IMG/VR virus record: IMGVR_UViG_3300026274_000001
Source of the DNA: a virus
Direction: 5' to 3' (one strand)
Length of the DNA stretch: 64,000 nt
The notes under the pieces were generated by a model. The model was not told the DNA's origin. It was given only the letters and a program-made list of their open reading frames with translations, and ran no database searches. The position numbers were made by a program, and so were the translations under genes. Within the stretch, counting starts at the first letter, position 1. Each line of letters begins with the position of its first letter. Below are positions 19,075 to 27,616 of this stretch, in pieces.

Positions 19075-19416
19075 ATGTACGCAATTGATGTTAGTGATAG
19101 GACTGATGGGCGAGCCGATGCATTTATTAAAATGCTTGATTGGTTGAACGAGGTAGTCGGCCCTCTTATATCGGAAGATCAGAGAACGGCAGAAATTAAC
19201 GACAATGGTTCAAAACGTTTTTTCAAAATTGAAGGTACCGGTTGGTATTATGAGTACTGTTCAATACGTATTGGCGCCAATGATACTCGTGAATTTAAAC
19301 TTCCAAAATTCTTCCATGACGCTGGTCAACGTGCAGGTGGTAGCACCCTATATACATCTAAAGTCATGTACATAGAAGACCCTATTCATGCTGTGGCATT
19401 CAAATTGACATGGTAA
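19075..19416 (+). CDS. FKLxW-family small protein
   Basis: DWLNEVVGP...GTGW...HAVAFKLTW. Confidence 0.8.
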   Translation: MYAIDVSDRTDGRADAFIKMLDWLNEVVGPLISEDQRTAEINDNGSKRFFKIEGTGWYYEYCSIRIGANDTREFKLPKFFHDAGQRAGGSTLYTSKVMYIEDPIHAVAFKLTW

Positions 19417-19754
19417 GAATAGATCTACATGGCATACGCACCCAGACTAGTCTTGAATGCTGGTTCGAGTGGCTAGATCATAATATTGCGCCGCGAACGG
19501 TCACCAATCATGATCCTAACGAGTCATTACCTAGCGATGTTGTCGATCATCATTTTTACACCGGTGGTCCTGGGTGGCAATTTCATTATGTAATGACGAC
19601 ATTGGCACCAGCAGATTGTGATAGAAATCTTTATGAATGTGTTTTTGCTGCAGAGGAACGCGGACCAGCAGAATTACATTATGTTGCCATGTATTTTGAA
19701 TTCGAAAATGATGCAGAAGCCGTTATGTTTAAACTAATAATGAACGAGATCTGA
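19410..19754 (+). CDS. FKLxW-family small protein
   Basis: EWLDHNIAP...GPGW...EAVMFKLIM. Confidence 0.8.
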   Translation: MVRIDLHGIRTQTSLECWFEWLDHNIAPRTVTNHDPNESLPSDVVDHHFYTGGPGWQFHYVMTTLAPADCDRNLYECVFAAEERGPAELHYVAMYFEFENDAEAVMFKLIMNEI

Positions 19755-19756
19755 CC

Positions 19757-20086
19757 ATGCATGTCTTTAATGCATTCTTGCTTGGTGACGTAACAACTTT
19801 GTTTGATTGGCTTGAAAGTAACGTAGGTGACTTTGAATATGAAAGCCCCAAACACCCACCAGAGCCGCATTCATACTACTTTGAACGTCGTGGTGCTGGA
19901 TGGCGATTTAAGTACATTACCACCTTGAATCATATGGACATTTACCCAGACGATTTTGCACATAAGCAATGGCATGTTGTGGGTGCCGAATCGTTTGATG
20001 TTCGCCATTATGCAGTAGTAGAACTTGATAGTGATGCCGATGCAGTTATGTTTAAACTTCGGTGGACCGGCCATGCATCTATTTAA
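19757..20086 (+). CDS. FKLxW-family small protein
   Basis: DWLESNVG...GAGW...DAVMFKLRW. Confidence 0.8.
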   Translation: MHVFNAFLLGDVTTLFDWLESNVGDFEYESPKHPPEPHSYYFERRGAGWRFKYITTLNHMDIYPDDFAHKQWHVVGAESFDVRHYAVVELDSDADAVMFKLRWTGHASI

Positions 20087-20339
20087 TGTAACTAAATGGG
20101 CTAGAGAGTACGATTGGTTTACGTTCGAGAATTGGCTAAACGATAATATTGGTCCTAGAACTGCTCTCACGATGCAAAGCAAGCGCCGCTTCATGACTTA
20201 TATTGGCGACGGTTGGCAGATGAAAGTCGTTTATGGTACACGACCACAACGAGAACGATGGAATATAGTACAGGCTATTGTTAAAATAGGCGAAGAGTAT
20301 GATGCGGCTGCTGTGATGTTTAAACTTCAATGGATGTGA
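20073..20339 (+). CDS. FKLxW-family small protein
   Basis: NWLNDNIGP...GDGW...AAVMFKLQW. Confidence 0.8.
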   Translation: MHLFNVTKWAREYDWFTFENWLNDNIGPRTALTMQSKRRFMTYIGDGWQMKVVYGTRPQRERWNIVQAIVKIGEEYDAAAVMFKLQWM

Positions 20340-20340
20340 A

Positions 20341-20598
20341 ATGGCGACGTTTGAAAACTTCATTGATGGATGGGACATTGCAAAGGCCGAGATGGTCAAG
20401 GCATGGTTGATTCAAAACATTGGTCCGCAGCTTGAAAAAGTTAAAGGATATGAATCAGTTGGTGCTGGTTGGAGTTTGACTGCATCTTCTCCTGGGTTCG
20501 TGCATAATAACCATACCCTTGACTTCGTTGCTCCATTGTGGATACTATCTATCGAAGATGATGTATTAGCATTGCAATTCAAGCTAACCTGGCTGTAA
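20341..20598 (+). CDS. FKLxW-family small protein
   Basis: AWLIQNIGP...GAGW...LALQFKLTW. Confidence 0.8.
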   Translation: MATFENFIDGWDIAKAEMVKAWLIQNIGPQLEKVKGYESVGAGWSLTASSPGFVHNNHTLDFVAPLWILSIEDDVLALQFKLTWL

Positions 20599-20613
20599 TT
20601 AGTTAGAAACAAG

Positions 20614-20638
20614 AAAGCCACCCGAAGGTGGCTTTTTT
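20614..20638. terminator. bidirectional intrinsic terminator
   Basis: AAAGCCACC-CGAA-GGTGGCTTTTTT between convergent genes. Confidence 0.85.
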
Positions 20639-20652
20639 ACAACTAGACGGGT

Positions 20653-20778
20653 TTATTGACCCTTGTATACAGCAGCTGGTGTGTTTGTGTCTACTGGAGT
20701 AGCTTTAACGTGCACCATTACGTATACCAGACCGACCACCAAAACAGCAGCAACGATCATAGCGATTTTCTTCATCAT
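20653..20778 (-). CDS. small membrane/secreted protein (41 aa)
   Basis: MMKKIAMIVAAVLVVGLVYVMVHVKATPVDTNTPAAVYKGQ; TAAATA upstream on the minus strand. Confidence 0.65.
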   Translation of the reverse strand: MMKKIAMIVAAVLVVGLVYVMVHVKATPVDTNTPAAVYKGQ

Positions 20779-20876
20779 GATGAAATTCTTTTAGAAGTTT
20801 GAGGGCCAAAATTAGCTCTCCTTCTATTTAAGGTGAAAATCGAGTAGGTAAAATCATTATTTTATATTGTAACCAA

Positions 20877-21152
20877 ATGGCAACAATTGACATATCTGAG
20901 TTGGCGACATCAGATATACATAAGTACTACGATTTGCTAGATTGGCTTGAAACTGAAGTAGGTCAGCATGTAAAGAAGGGTAACAACCATGCTATTTGTA
21001 TTTTTGAATCAAAAGACTATTCGATTCAAAGATCATTTGGTATTGGCTGGCATCTTGATTACATCGTTAACGAGGATATGACCCATCGTGTCCTAACGGT
21101 GTATGACGAATTGAAAGCATTGATGGTTAAATTGATTTTTTGCGGCGCATGA
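20877..21152 (+). CDS. FKLxW-family small protein
   Basis: DWLETEVG...GIGW...KALMVKLIF. Confidence 0.8.
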   Translation: MATIDISELATSDIHKYYDLLDWLETEVGQHVKKGNNHAICIFESKDYSIQRSFGIGWHLDYIVNEDMTHRVLTVYDELKALMVKLIFCGA

Positions 21153-21436
21153 CTACTACTTTACCTATAAAGATAACAAATTCGATAGCATTAATTCCGT
21201 TCACTATGCATTGTGATAGGAATAATCCTAATCGAGTAAACAAGTTTGGAAGAGAATTGCTTGAGGGTGGTTGGACTATTGTGCCGGCCCTTCGACACAA
21301 TTTTCTGGTGTTAACTGATTGGTGTGCCGCCAATTTTGATCATGCTGACTTTGGTTACAATCTAGTAGTGCGAGCGTTCATCTTCAAGCATATAGCCGAG
21401 GCAGTCCAGTTCAAGCTTGCTTGCTTGGGGTCTTAG
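21149..21436 (+). CDS. FKLxW-family small protein
   Basis: DWC...FIFKHIAEAVQFKLAC. Confidence 0.75.
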   Translation: MTTTLPIKITNSIALIPFTMHCDRNNPNRVNKFGRELLEGGWTIVPALRHNFLVLTDWCAANFDHADFGYNLVVRAFIFKHIAEAVQFKLACLGS

Positions 21437-21445
21437 TGCTATCAT

Positions 21446-21715
21446 ATGAGCATGGCACACCAAATAGATAATTTCATGAGTGACTGGCTAACTGATTTCA
21501 TTACAAATCAGGGTGGAGTTCCAATTCATGCGGATATGGTTGAGGCTGGTTGGGTATCAGTTGAAGTTGCTGGTGGTATTCGATGTATTGAAGCAGAGGT
21601 ACTTGCGGTTAGATTGTTTGGAACTACTGGATTCATAATGTGTCGTATGACTCGACATTTTTGGTTTGATACTGATGCCGACGCATTGATGTTCACCTTA
21701 GCTTTTGGAAAGTAA
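21446..21715 (+). CDS. FKLxW-family small protein
   Basis: FWFDTDADALMFTLAF. Confidence 0.75.
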   Translation: MSMAHQIDNFMSDWLTDFITNQGGVPIHADMVEAGWVSVEVAGGIRCIEAEVLAVRLFGTTGFIMCRMTRHFWFDTDADALMFTLAFGK

Positions 21716-21716
21716 C

Positions 21717-21956
21717 ATGACGGTTTCGATTACCGATTACTATTTGAGCAACGTAGGTGATCCGACTAAGGTGAGCACTGCTGGACTTAACGCGGCGGGC
21801 TATTCTTACTGTAAGCTTCCACGTGATTTTGACTTTAGGCGCGCCTATGTGACTGCGCTGAATCTAGTTGGTAGTAAGAACTTTCTTACCATGGATGCAA
21901 ATATGTTCTGGTTTGACACCGCAGCCCTTGCGGTTCAATTCAGGTTGATGCTGTGA
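21717..21956 (+). CDS. FKLxW-family small protein
   Basis: FWFDTAALAVQFRLML. Confidence 0.75.
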   Translation: MTVSITDYYLSNVGDPTKVSTAGLNAAGYSYCKLPRDFDFRRAYVTALNLVGSKNFLTMDANMFWFDTAALAVQFRLML

Positions 21957-21975
21957 TGCACAGAAAAGACCAATT

Positions 21976-22278
21976 ATGTTTGTAGAACCAGCTATGCTGT
22001 GGGGACTCAGGAATATCGTCTTGAATGATTCAATTACTGAACAACGAGAACATTGGATCCAAGAGGCTGAGCGACATGGATATTTTCTGTGGGTGAATGA
22101 GTTTCCCGGCACTAGACTCGATTATCAACGTCTTCAGTTGACGTATGATGTCCTGATTCAGATGTTTGACTCCGATCAATACCTAGTCGAAGTTAGAGAT
22201 GACATGCAGTACGTATTATTTGATTCAGCATCAAATGCGATCTTATTTCGCTTCGAGATGGCGGAGCAAACGGCGTAA
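21976..22278 (+). CDS. FKLxW-family small protein
   Basis: VLFDSASNAILFRF. Confidence 0.7.
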   Translation: MFVEPAMLWGLRNIVLNDSITEQREHWIQEAERHGYFLWVNEFPGTRLDYQRLQLTYDVLIQMFDSDQYLVEVRDDMQYVLFDSASNAILFRFEMAEQTA

Positions 22279-22338
22279 CGGCAGTGTACAAAAGTGATCT
22301 CACGCGTGCTAAACTAGGCTGTACGATATGAGGAACAT

Positions 22339-22536
22339 ATGAGCAAAGAACAGAGTAAAGCTGCCATTGTAGAAAGTTATGCAGAGCGAGGCGTGTTCAC
22401 TGTAGCAAGACAGTGGATTATGCAAAGGGAATGCACATATAACGGAATAACAATAAGGGATTTCCTTAACGACAAGCTAGATATACACAGTTCTGTCGTT
22501 GAAATTAATGGTGAATTTTTTGCAACAGACGATTAA
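22339..22536 (+). CDS. hypothetical protein (not a family member)
   Basis: GAGG RBS; lacks family motif. Confidence 0.65.
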   Translation: MSKEQSKAAIVESYAERGVFTVARQWIMQRECTYNGITIRDFLNDKLDIHSSVVEINGEFFATDD

Positions 22537-22801
22537 ACAGCCAGAAAATCTGTATTCTTGGATGCAAGAAATGGTCGAACGCAAGCCAGCTTCATTATCA
22601 GTAGAAGCTCAAGCCGTTGGTTTGTCCATTGTGGAAATTCCGATAGAACAAGTTGTGGATAAGTGGACGGCAATATACAACTGGTGTTGTGAACACGGCG
22701 TCCCTCAACAAGATTTCCAAATGTATTGGCATGAACGAATCTTAACCGGATTTTTCAAGTCCGTACAGTTGGCACTCATGTACAAGTTGCGATGGGGATG
22801 A
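22508..22801 (+). CDS. FKLxW-family small protein
   Basis: NWC...LALMYKLRW. Confidence 0.75.
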   Translation: MVNFLQQTIKQPENLYSWMQEMVERKPASLSVEAQAVGLSIVEIPIEQVVDKWTAIYNWCCEHGVPQQDFQMYWHERILTGFFKSVQLALMYKLRWG

Positions 22802-22802
22802 T

Positions 22803-23063
22803 ATGAACGTTCGAGAGTACTTTAGGACTGAAGTGTATAGTGTCAGTGAAAGTAATAAAGAACGAAAGCGATTGATGGAAAATGCGGGGTTTGTTCAATT
22901 ACCGTGCCCGCAAAAGGTTAGAGTATCAAGCATCGCCAAATGGTGCGACGAAGTAATAGGACATGCGAATTTTGTTATTTGTCAGAACCTAATATTCTTC
23001 CAAGATGTCGATTGCGCCTTAAAATATAAAATCATGTTTGAACTCAATAGTAATTTGCAATAA
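22803..23063 (+). CDS. FKLxW-family small protein
   Basis: KWC...FFQDVDCALKYKIMF. Confidence 0.75.
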   Translation: MNVREYFRTEVYSVSESNKERKRLMENAGFVQLPCPQKVRVSSIAKWCDEVIGHANFVICQNLIFFQDVDCALKYKIMFELNSNLQ

Positions 23064-23314
23064 TGACGTTAACTGAATTTTGCGTTCGACAAGGTCCATC
23101 CAAAGCAGGAAAAATGGTGTTGCCTGATTTGCAAGTTCAATTTCCAATTGAAATTCAGATACCACCAGCATTGCATAGCGAAGCTGTATATGAGGCCGCA
23201 GCAGCTTGGGCAGATAATGCGTTCGGCAGTACATGCTTTGTTGAAGTAGCGTACCGGTTCTTCTTTACGACTGATAGTAACGCAATGCAGTTCAAACTTG
23301 CTTGGTGTTTATGA
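23063..23314 (+). CDS. FKLxW-family small protein
   Basis: AWA...SNAMQFKLAW. Confidence 0.75.
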   Translation: MTLTEFCVRQGPSKAGKMVLPDLQVQFPIEIQIPPALHSEAVYEAAAAWADNAFGSTCFVEVAYRFFFTTDSNAMQFKLAWCL

Positions 23315-23553
23315 TGTATATAAGTGACGTCATGAAGATCAGTGATGGCAGTAATCATTTCGAATTCACGCTGCAACATTACAAATGGATGATTGACCTC
23401 AATAATCGTCCTGATCTCAGTATGGATCATTTCCGTGATGCAGATCAATGGTGTGTCACAAATCTCCCAGACGATGATTTTGTAATTGCCCCACGCAAAT
23501 TCTTCTTCCGTTATCTAACGGATGCCACACTCTTCCGGTTAATATTCAGTTAG
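23311..23553 (+). CDS. FKLxW-family small protein
   Basis: QWC...TDATLFRLIF. Confidence 0.75.
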   Translation: MMYISDVMKISDGSNHFEFTLQHYKWMIDLNNRPDLSMDHFRDADQWCVTNLPDDDFVIAPRKFFFRYLTDATLFRLIFS

Positions 23554-23615
23554 GCAAATTGTTCTGAATACCAAGTTGTTGTAGACTTGCCATATGCAAT
23601 GTGGCAAGGAGACCT

Positions 23616-23888
23616 ATGACGACACGCTTTTACCTTGATGTAGACTACAATGAAGCATTAGAAATTGAACGATGGCTAAATGTGAATATTGGCCCTCAAG
23701 TAAAAGAAGTCATCCCCAAGAAAAATATCAAAATAATGAATTGGGAATCAAGGTTTCAATTTAGTGCAGACTGGGAAACTAGACAATTGATGGTAGAAAT
23801 ACTTGATGACCGCGATGCGGTCGTATTCAAGTTGACTTGGACCGAACAGATTCTACGAAACAAAACGGTAAAGTTAGATTGGAAATGA
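23616..23888 (+). CDS. FKLxW-family small protein
   Basis: AAGGAG RBS; RWLNVNIGP...RDAVVFKLTW. Confidence 0.8.
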   Translation: MTTRFYLDVDYNEALEIERWLNVNIGPQVKEVIPKKNIKIMNWESRFQFSADWETRQLMVEILDDRDAVVFKLTWTEQILRNKTVKLDWK

Positions 23889-24166
23889 ATAGAACAACAA
23901 TAAATGACATTTCGTTCACAAGTAAACAATACGATAAAATTCGTATGTGGCTTCGTGATCATATCAGTCCACAAGATCTAGATATTCACCTAGAAGAACG
24001 ATGGGATAGTTTTGGTCCAGCTTTTGATAATTCGGTGGTATTTGGTGGCATTGGCTGGCGACTTTATATATCAATCGATACCAATCACAAGACAGGAACT
24101 GCTACCGTTGATATCGAGGACGACACTATGGCAGTAATGTTTGCCCTGATGGCTAGGGATTTGTGA
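23885..24166 (+). CDS. FKLxW-family small protein
   Basis: MWLRDHISP...GIGW...MAVMFAL. Confidence 0.8.
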   Translation: MNRTTINDISFTSKQYDKIRMWLRDHISPQDLDIHLEERWDSFGPAFDNSVVFGGIGWRLYISIDTNHKTGTATVDIEDDTMAVMFALMARDL

Positions 24167-24435
24167 TGGCGCATTTCACAGTAGTAAAAGATATGCTGGC
24201 TATCGATATTGTTGACTATCGCCGTAAAGTCTTAGAATGGCTAGCTGCTCGTGCAGGTAGTTATCTGAAACATGAGAATCAAGAGTTATTCAGTGAAACT
24301 TATACTGCTGACACCTGGTCTGTAGAAGTGCTTTCATTCCTTGGTAAGTTTCATAATTGGCGTATGGAATATGAAATTGAAATCGCCGATGATATCGTGG
24401 CTGTTGAGTTTGCACTGATAAAAGATTCGCTGTAA
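24166..24435 (+). CDS. FKLxW-family small protein
   Basis: EWL...DDIVAVEFAL. Confidence 0.75.
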   Translation: MAHFTVVKDMLAIDIVDYRRKVLEWLAARAGSYLKHENQELFSETYTADTWSVEVLSFLGKFHNWRMEYEIEIADDIVAVEFALIKDSL

Positions 24436-24512
24436 CAAATTGGTAAAACATCTTTAGTAGTTGCCAGTCTTTGTTTATAATTGCTTCTGGCATTTAGAAC
24501 TGGCGCCCATCG

Positions 24513-24779
24513 ATGAGTATAATAAAAACACGCTTTACCGCAATCGAGCAGCGGAACGAAGCTTTCACATGGTTACGTCAGAAAGAAATTCATTACGCCG
24601 TCCATTCTATAAATTCTCAGAGAACACATTTGGCTCCCCATGCGGATGCCTACTTCACTATAAGTGATAAACTGGTTGCTCTGGAGTTCATGCTTAGATT
24701 CGACGGCGTTTTGGTGCCGGAAGATGAATACAACCACATATTGGCCGTCTTTCACGCCGGCGGCCTTATTTCACGCTAA
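24513..24779 (+). CDS. FKLxW-family small protein
   Basis: TWL...DKLVALEFMLRF. Confidence 0.75.
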   Translation: MSIIKTRFTAIEQRNEAFTWLRQKEIHYAVHSINSQRTHLAPHADAYFTISDKLVALEFMLRFDGVLVPEDEYNHILAVFHAGGLISR

Positions 24780-24792
24780 AACTGGAGCTTAT

Positions 24793-25077
24793 ATGATTTA
24801 TGAACGACAAGCTTTTCTTAGGAACTTTTCAGATGTATCGAAGGATATCTTATTGATTCCCGAGTATGATCCAGCTTTTGGCACTCCATGTAAGTGTCAA
24901 TTTTTTACAAATAGATCCCCATTAGAATGGGATGAACCTGGATTCAAGAGTCAATTCTGGGCTTGGGTGGATGCCAATATGCGCGGTGAAGTTCGAGTAT
25001 TTTCTAGTGGTGACGAAGCCGAATGGATTGGGTTCACCAATTACAAAGACGCTTTCGAATTTGTTTTATCGTGGTAA
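24793..25077 (+). CDS. FKLxW-family small protein
   Basis: GGAG RBS; AWV...GFTNYKDAFEFVLSW. Confidence 0.75.
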   Translation: MIYERQAFLRNFSDVSKDILLIPEYDPAFGTPCKCQFFTNRSPLEWDEPGFKSQFWAWVDANMRGEVRVFSSGDEAEWIGFTNYKDAFEFVLSW

Positions 25078-25343
25078 CAAACAAGTTTCGTATTACTCAT
25101 TTGGTAAAAGATCGTACCTTACCAACAACCTCTATCATAAACGGTTGTGTGTACGTTAACCTGATGTCGACTGATGCTCAAATACTAGCCATTCAAGAAT
25201 GGGTAGACGACAACGTTGAATACGATAATATTACGGTGACGACTGATACTATCTATTCCACGACTGGTGGATGGATACAAAATTACTATGTGGAGTTTGA
25301 CAATGATGTCGATGCTCTTATGTTTAAACTGAAATGGCTCTAA
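25071..25343 (+). CDS. FKLxW-family small protein
   Basis: EWV...VEFDNDVDALMFKLKW; GTG start overlapping upstream Trp codon inferred. Confidence 0.75.
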   Translation: MVTNKFRITHLVKDRTLPTTSIINGCVYVNLMSTDAQILAIQEWVDDNVEYDNITVTTDTIYSTTGGWIQNYYVEFDNDVDALMFKLKWL

Positions 25344-25624
25344 AATTAAAATACGAATTCGAGTCAAATTCGTGGCATCGATATCCACATTTAGTTTCGT
25401 GGAGAGAAGCAGACTCCAAACCCAAACTAACTGATCCGAATGAAAATCTAGTGGGTGAAATGGCGGCATTCTTGCGCCATTCAAATATCGACCATAGTCG
25501 ATTGATGTTGAATGAATACAATATTCATACTTACAAAATGCCATATAAGATTATGTCAGGTTTTCGTTTCTTAAATGAAAACGAAGCTATGATATTTTGG
25601 TTGAAATACCAAGGTATTGAATAA
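25334..25624 (+). CDS. FKLxW-family small protein
   Basis: YPHLVSW...SGFRFLNENEAMIFWLKY. Confidence 0.75.
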   Translation: MALKLKYEFESNSWHRYPHLVSWREADSKPKLTDPNENLVGEMAAFLRHSNIDHSRLMLNEYNIHTYKMPYKIMSGFRFLNENEAMIFWLKYQGIE

Positions 25625-25926
25625 TGCCATTAGTACTCAGACATCTTAAAGAATGGCACCCAGAAGATCCATTTCCTTATCGAGTATATTGGGAAAAAAA
25701 GGATGAACGATTCCCATATGGTAATAGACCGCATACCATGTTATTAAATGAAATGGAAAATTTCATTAGGGATCAAGAATGGAAATTGGAATCTTATTGG
25801 GAATCAAAATCGAATGACTATTATAAAAGTTGGAATACAACATTCCATAGTGGCTTTAGATTTAAATGTCAGGAAGATTCTATGTTGTTTTGGCTCCGAT
25901 TCAATGGAGATGCAAACGACAAATGA
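25624..25926 (+). CDS. FKLxW-family small protein
   Basis: FPYRVYW...SGFRFKCQEDSMLFWLRF. Confidence 0.75.
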   Translation: MPLVLRHLKEWHPEDPFPYRVYWEKKDERFPYGNRPHTMLLNEMENFIRDQEWKLESYWESKSNDYYKSWNTTFHSGFRFKCQEDSMLFWLRFNGDANDK

Positions 25927-26189
25927 TTGTACATAATGAACCACATTGGCATCACTCTCACAAATGGTGGGTGACCTGGAACAATCATAGTTCACATGGA
26001 ACGCAACTAATTGCGTGCGCTCAGCTTTCTCTTAGTGTCGATTTTAGAGAATGGCTTGAAGCAGCGAAAATTAACTTTGTTGTAGATAATAACAAGCAAG
26101 GCAGAGCTGGATATGGTTTTAAAACTAGAGAAGATGCCTTACTCTTTTATCTGCGTTGGCAAGATGATGCCTTGGGTGTATTCTATTGA
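25923..26189 (+). CDS. FKLxW-family small protein
   Basis: WWVTW...EWL...YGFKTREDALLFYLRW. Confidence 0.75.
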   Translation: MIVHNEPHWHHSHKWWVTWNNHSSHGTQLIACAQLSLSVDFREWLEAAKINFVVDNNKQGRAGYGFKTREDALLFYLRWQDDALGVFY

Positions 26190-26428
26190 ACATAACGTAT
26201 GATACCAACATCCCAGAATTCAATTGGTGGGTAATTTGGCCTAACACTCATGCGTATTATGAGCAATACGAGTTCAATCGTAAAGTAAGAGCATGGGCCG
26301 AAGAACGTGAAATGCCATTTAGAGGGCGAAGCATTTACCATCTTGATACCACTAAGCGATACTTTGGATTCAAGACTGAATATGATGCATTAACTTTTAT
26401 TTTGGTATGGTCGAGTGATTTGATATGA
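26186..26428 (+). CDS. FKLxW-family small protein
   Basis: WWVIW...FGFKTEYDALTFILVW. Confidence 0.75.
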   Translation: MNITYDTNIPEFNWWVIWPNTHAYYEQYEFNRKVRAWAEEREMPFRGRSIYHLDTTKRYFGFKTEYDALTFILVWSSDLI

Positions 26429-26709
26429 GTTTAGAACTAGTAGAAACCCCCAACGAAGAATATTGGAAAGCTCGAGTATATTGGACACCTACGAAATATG
26501 ATAGCTTCATGGCTGATAATGCCTATTCTACGTATTTGGCTAATCAAATACTTCTTCGAATGGAAGTGATTGATTGGTGTAAAGAACAAGAAGGCGATTC
26601 TATGATGTTACCAACCCTATGTGGTAATTCTGGCGTAGCGTTCACGAACATTGCTGATGCCACAGCATTTGCTTTGGTATGGTCAGCTAGAATATCAGAG
26701 ACGGCGTAA
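26425..26709 (+). CDS. FKLxW-family small protein
   Basis: RVYW...DWC...ADATAFALVW. Confidence 0.75.
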   Translation: MSLELVETPNEEYWKARVYWTPTKYDSFMADNAYSTYLANQILLRMEVIDWCKEQEGDSMMLPTLCGNSGVAFTNIADATAFALVWSARISETA

Positions 26710-26792
26710 TAGCAGCAAAATTTACACCAGGTATTTGTTAAATTGGCAACATGCAGTAGAATATATTTCCACAAAAACAAAAAGAGACACAA

Positions 26793-26963
26793 ATGACGCA
26801 AGCATTAGCAGCAACTTTTTTCGATGAAATCTCCGGCGAATTGATGGTTGATGTGCCACAAGAGATCATGGACGAAGTGGGTATCACACCTGGTGATGTG
26901 ATTGTTTGGAACATCGACGAAGACGGTCGAGTTACTATTACGAAAAAGACCGAAGAAGAATAA
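26793..26963 (+). CDS. AbrB/MazE/SpoVT-like swapped-hairpin DNA-binding protein (56 aa)
   Basis: GELMVDVPQEIMDEVGITPGDVIVWNIDEDGRVTITK; below ORF-track cutoff. Confidence 0.75.
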   Translation: MTQALAATFFDEISGELMVDVPQEIMDEVGITPGDVIVWNIDEDGRVTITKKTEEE

Positions 26964-27008
26964 AGTATGATGTTACCATATGAAATTATGGTAACCGGGG
27001 AGAACTGA

Positions 27009-27359
27009 ATGTTTAATCTGTTTCGCAAGAAGGAAGTACCGCAACCAGTCTTGAAGTCAAACTTTAAGAAGGGCGACTTCGTTTATGGCCCGGGTGACTA
27101 TCCCCGTTTCCCAAAAATCGTGTACTCGATTATTACGAGTGGTCATGTTATGGCTGCCGAATTTATGGTCACACGTAATGCACAGCGTGGATTGAACGTT
27201 CAGTTTGTCAGAAATGTTTGCGAGGAACCTGATCGTTTGAGTATCAAGGAAAATGAAAAAGAGGTGGAAGACTTTCTCATTGCTTCGCAAAAGCATCACC
27301 TAGCAACTCATGAATTCATCGAAGACCTGCAGTTGCATGAATATGTAAACGCCGTATAA
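27009..27359 (+). CDS. hypothetical protein
   Basis: GGGGAG RBS. Confidence 0.7.
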   Translation: MFNLFRKKEVPQPVLKSNFKKGDFVYGPGDYPRFPKIVYSIITSGHVMAAEFMVTRNAQRGLNVQFVRNVCEEPDRLSIKENEKEVEDFLIASQKHHLATHEFIEDLQLHEYVNAV

Positions 27360-27365
27360 AAACAA

Positions 27366-27394
27366 TTGACTAGCCGGTTGCCATTTAGTATATT
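27366..27394 (+). promoter_or_regulatory. sigma70-like promoter with TTGCCA box in the spacer
   Basis: TTGACT-17 nt-TATATT. Confidence 0.65.
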
Positions 27395-27424
27395 GGCATA
27401 CTGGCAATTAGGGGAGGAGACACC

Positions 27425-27616
27425 GTGGACCAAATTCTCGTAACGTGTGAACAGACGAAGAAGTCTCTCAAGGCGGACGTGCTTAGTAGTGGCAAGAACA
27501 CTATGAAAGTGGCGATCGTGGGATCAAACCTAGTGCTGGAGTTACACCGGCAGGGTAAAGTATTTGAAGGTCGAGCTGCCGGCCTGACCTTCGAGAGCAA
27601 CGGGGATATTATTTAA
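27425..27616 (+). CDS. hypothetical protein
   Basis: GGAGGAG RBS before GTG. Confidence 0.7.
   Translation: MDQILVTCEQTKKSLKADVLSSGKNTMKVAIVGSNLVLELHRQGKVFEGRAAGLTFESNGDII

Larger units (their letters stand above)
12583..26709 (+). repeat. Array A: tandem array of 48 FKLxW-family paralogous genes
   Basis: Consecutive 74-118 aa ORFs nearly all ending in A-x-x-F-K/R/x-L-x-W/F and mostly overlapping their neighbours. Confidence 0.9.

Noticed and set aside
12583..26709. Integron cassette array or CRISPR array
   Set aside because: Genes overlap with no room for attC sites, no integrase is in the window, and there are no identical nucleotide repeats with spacers.
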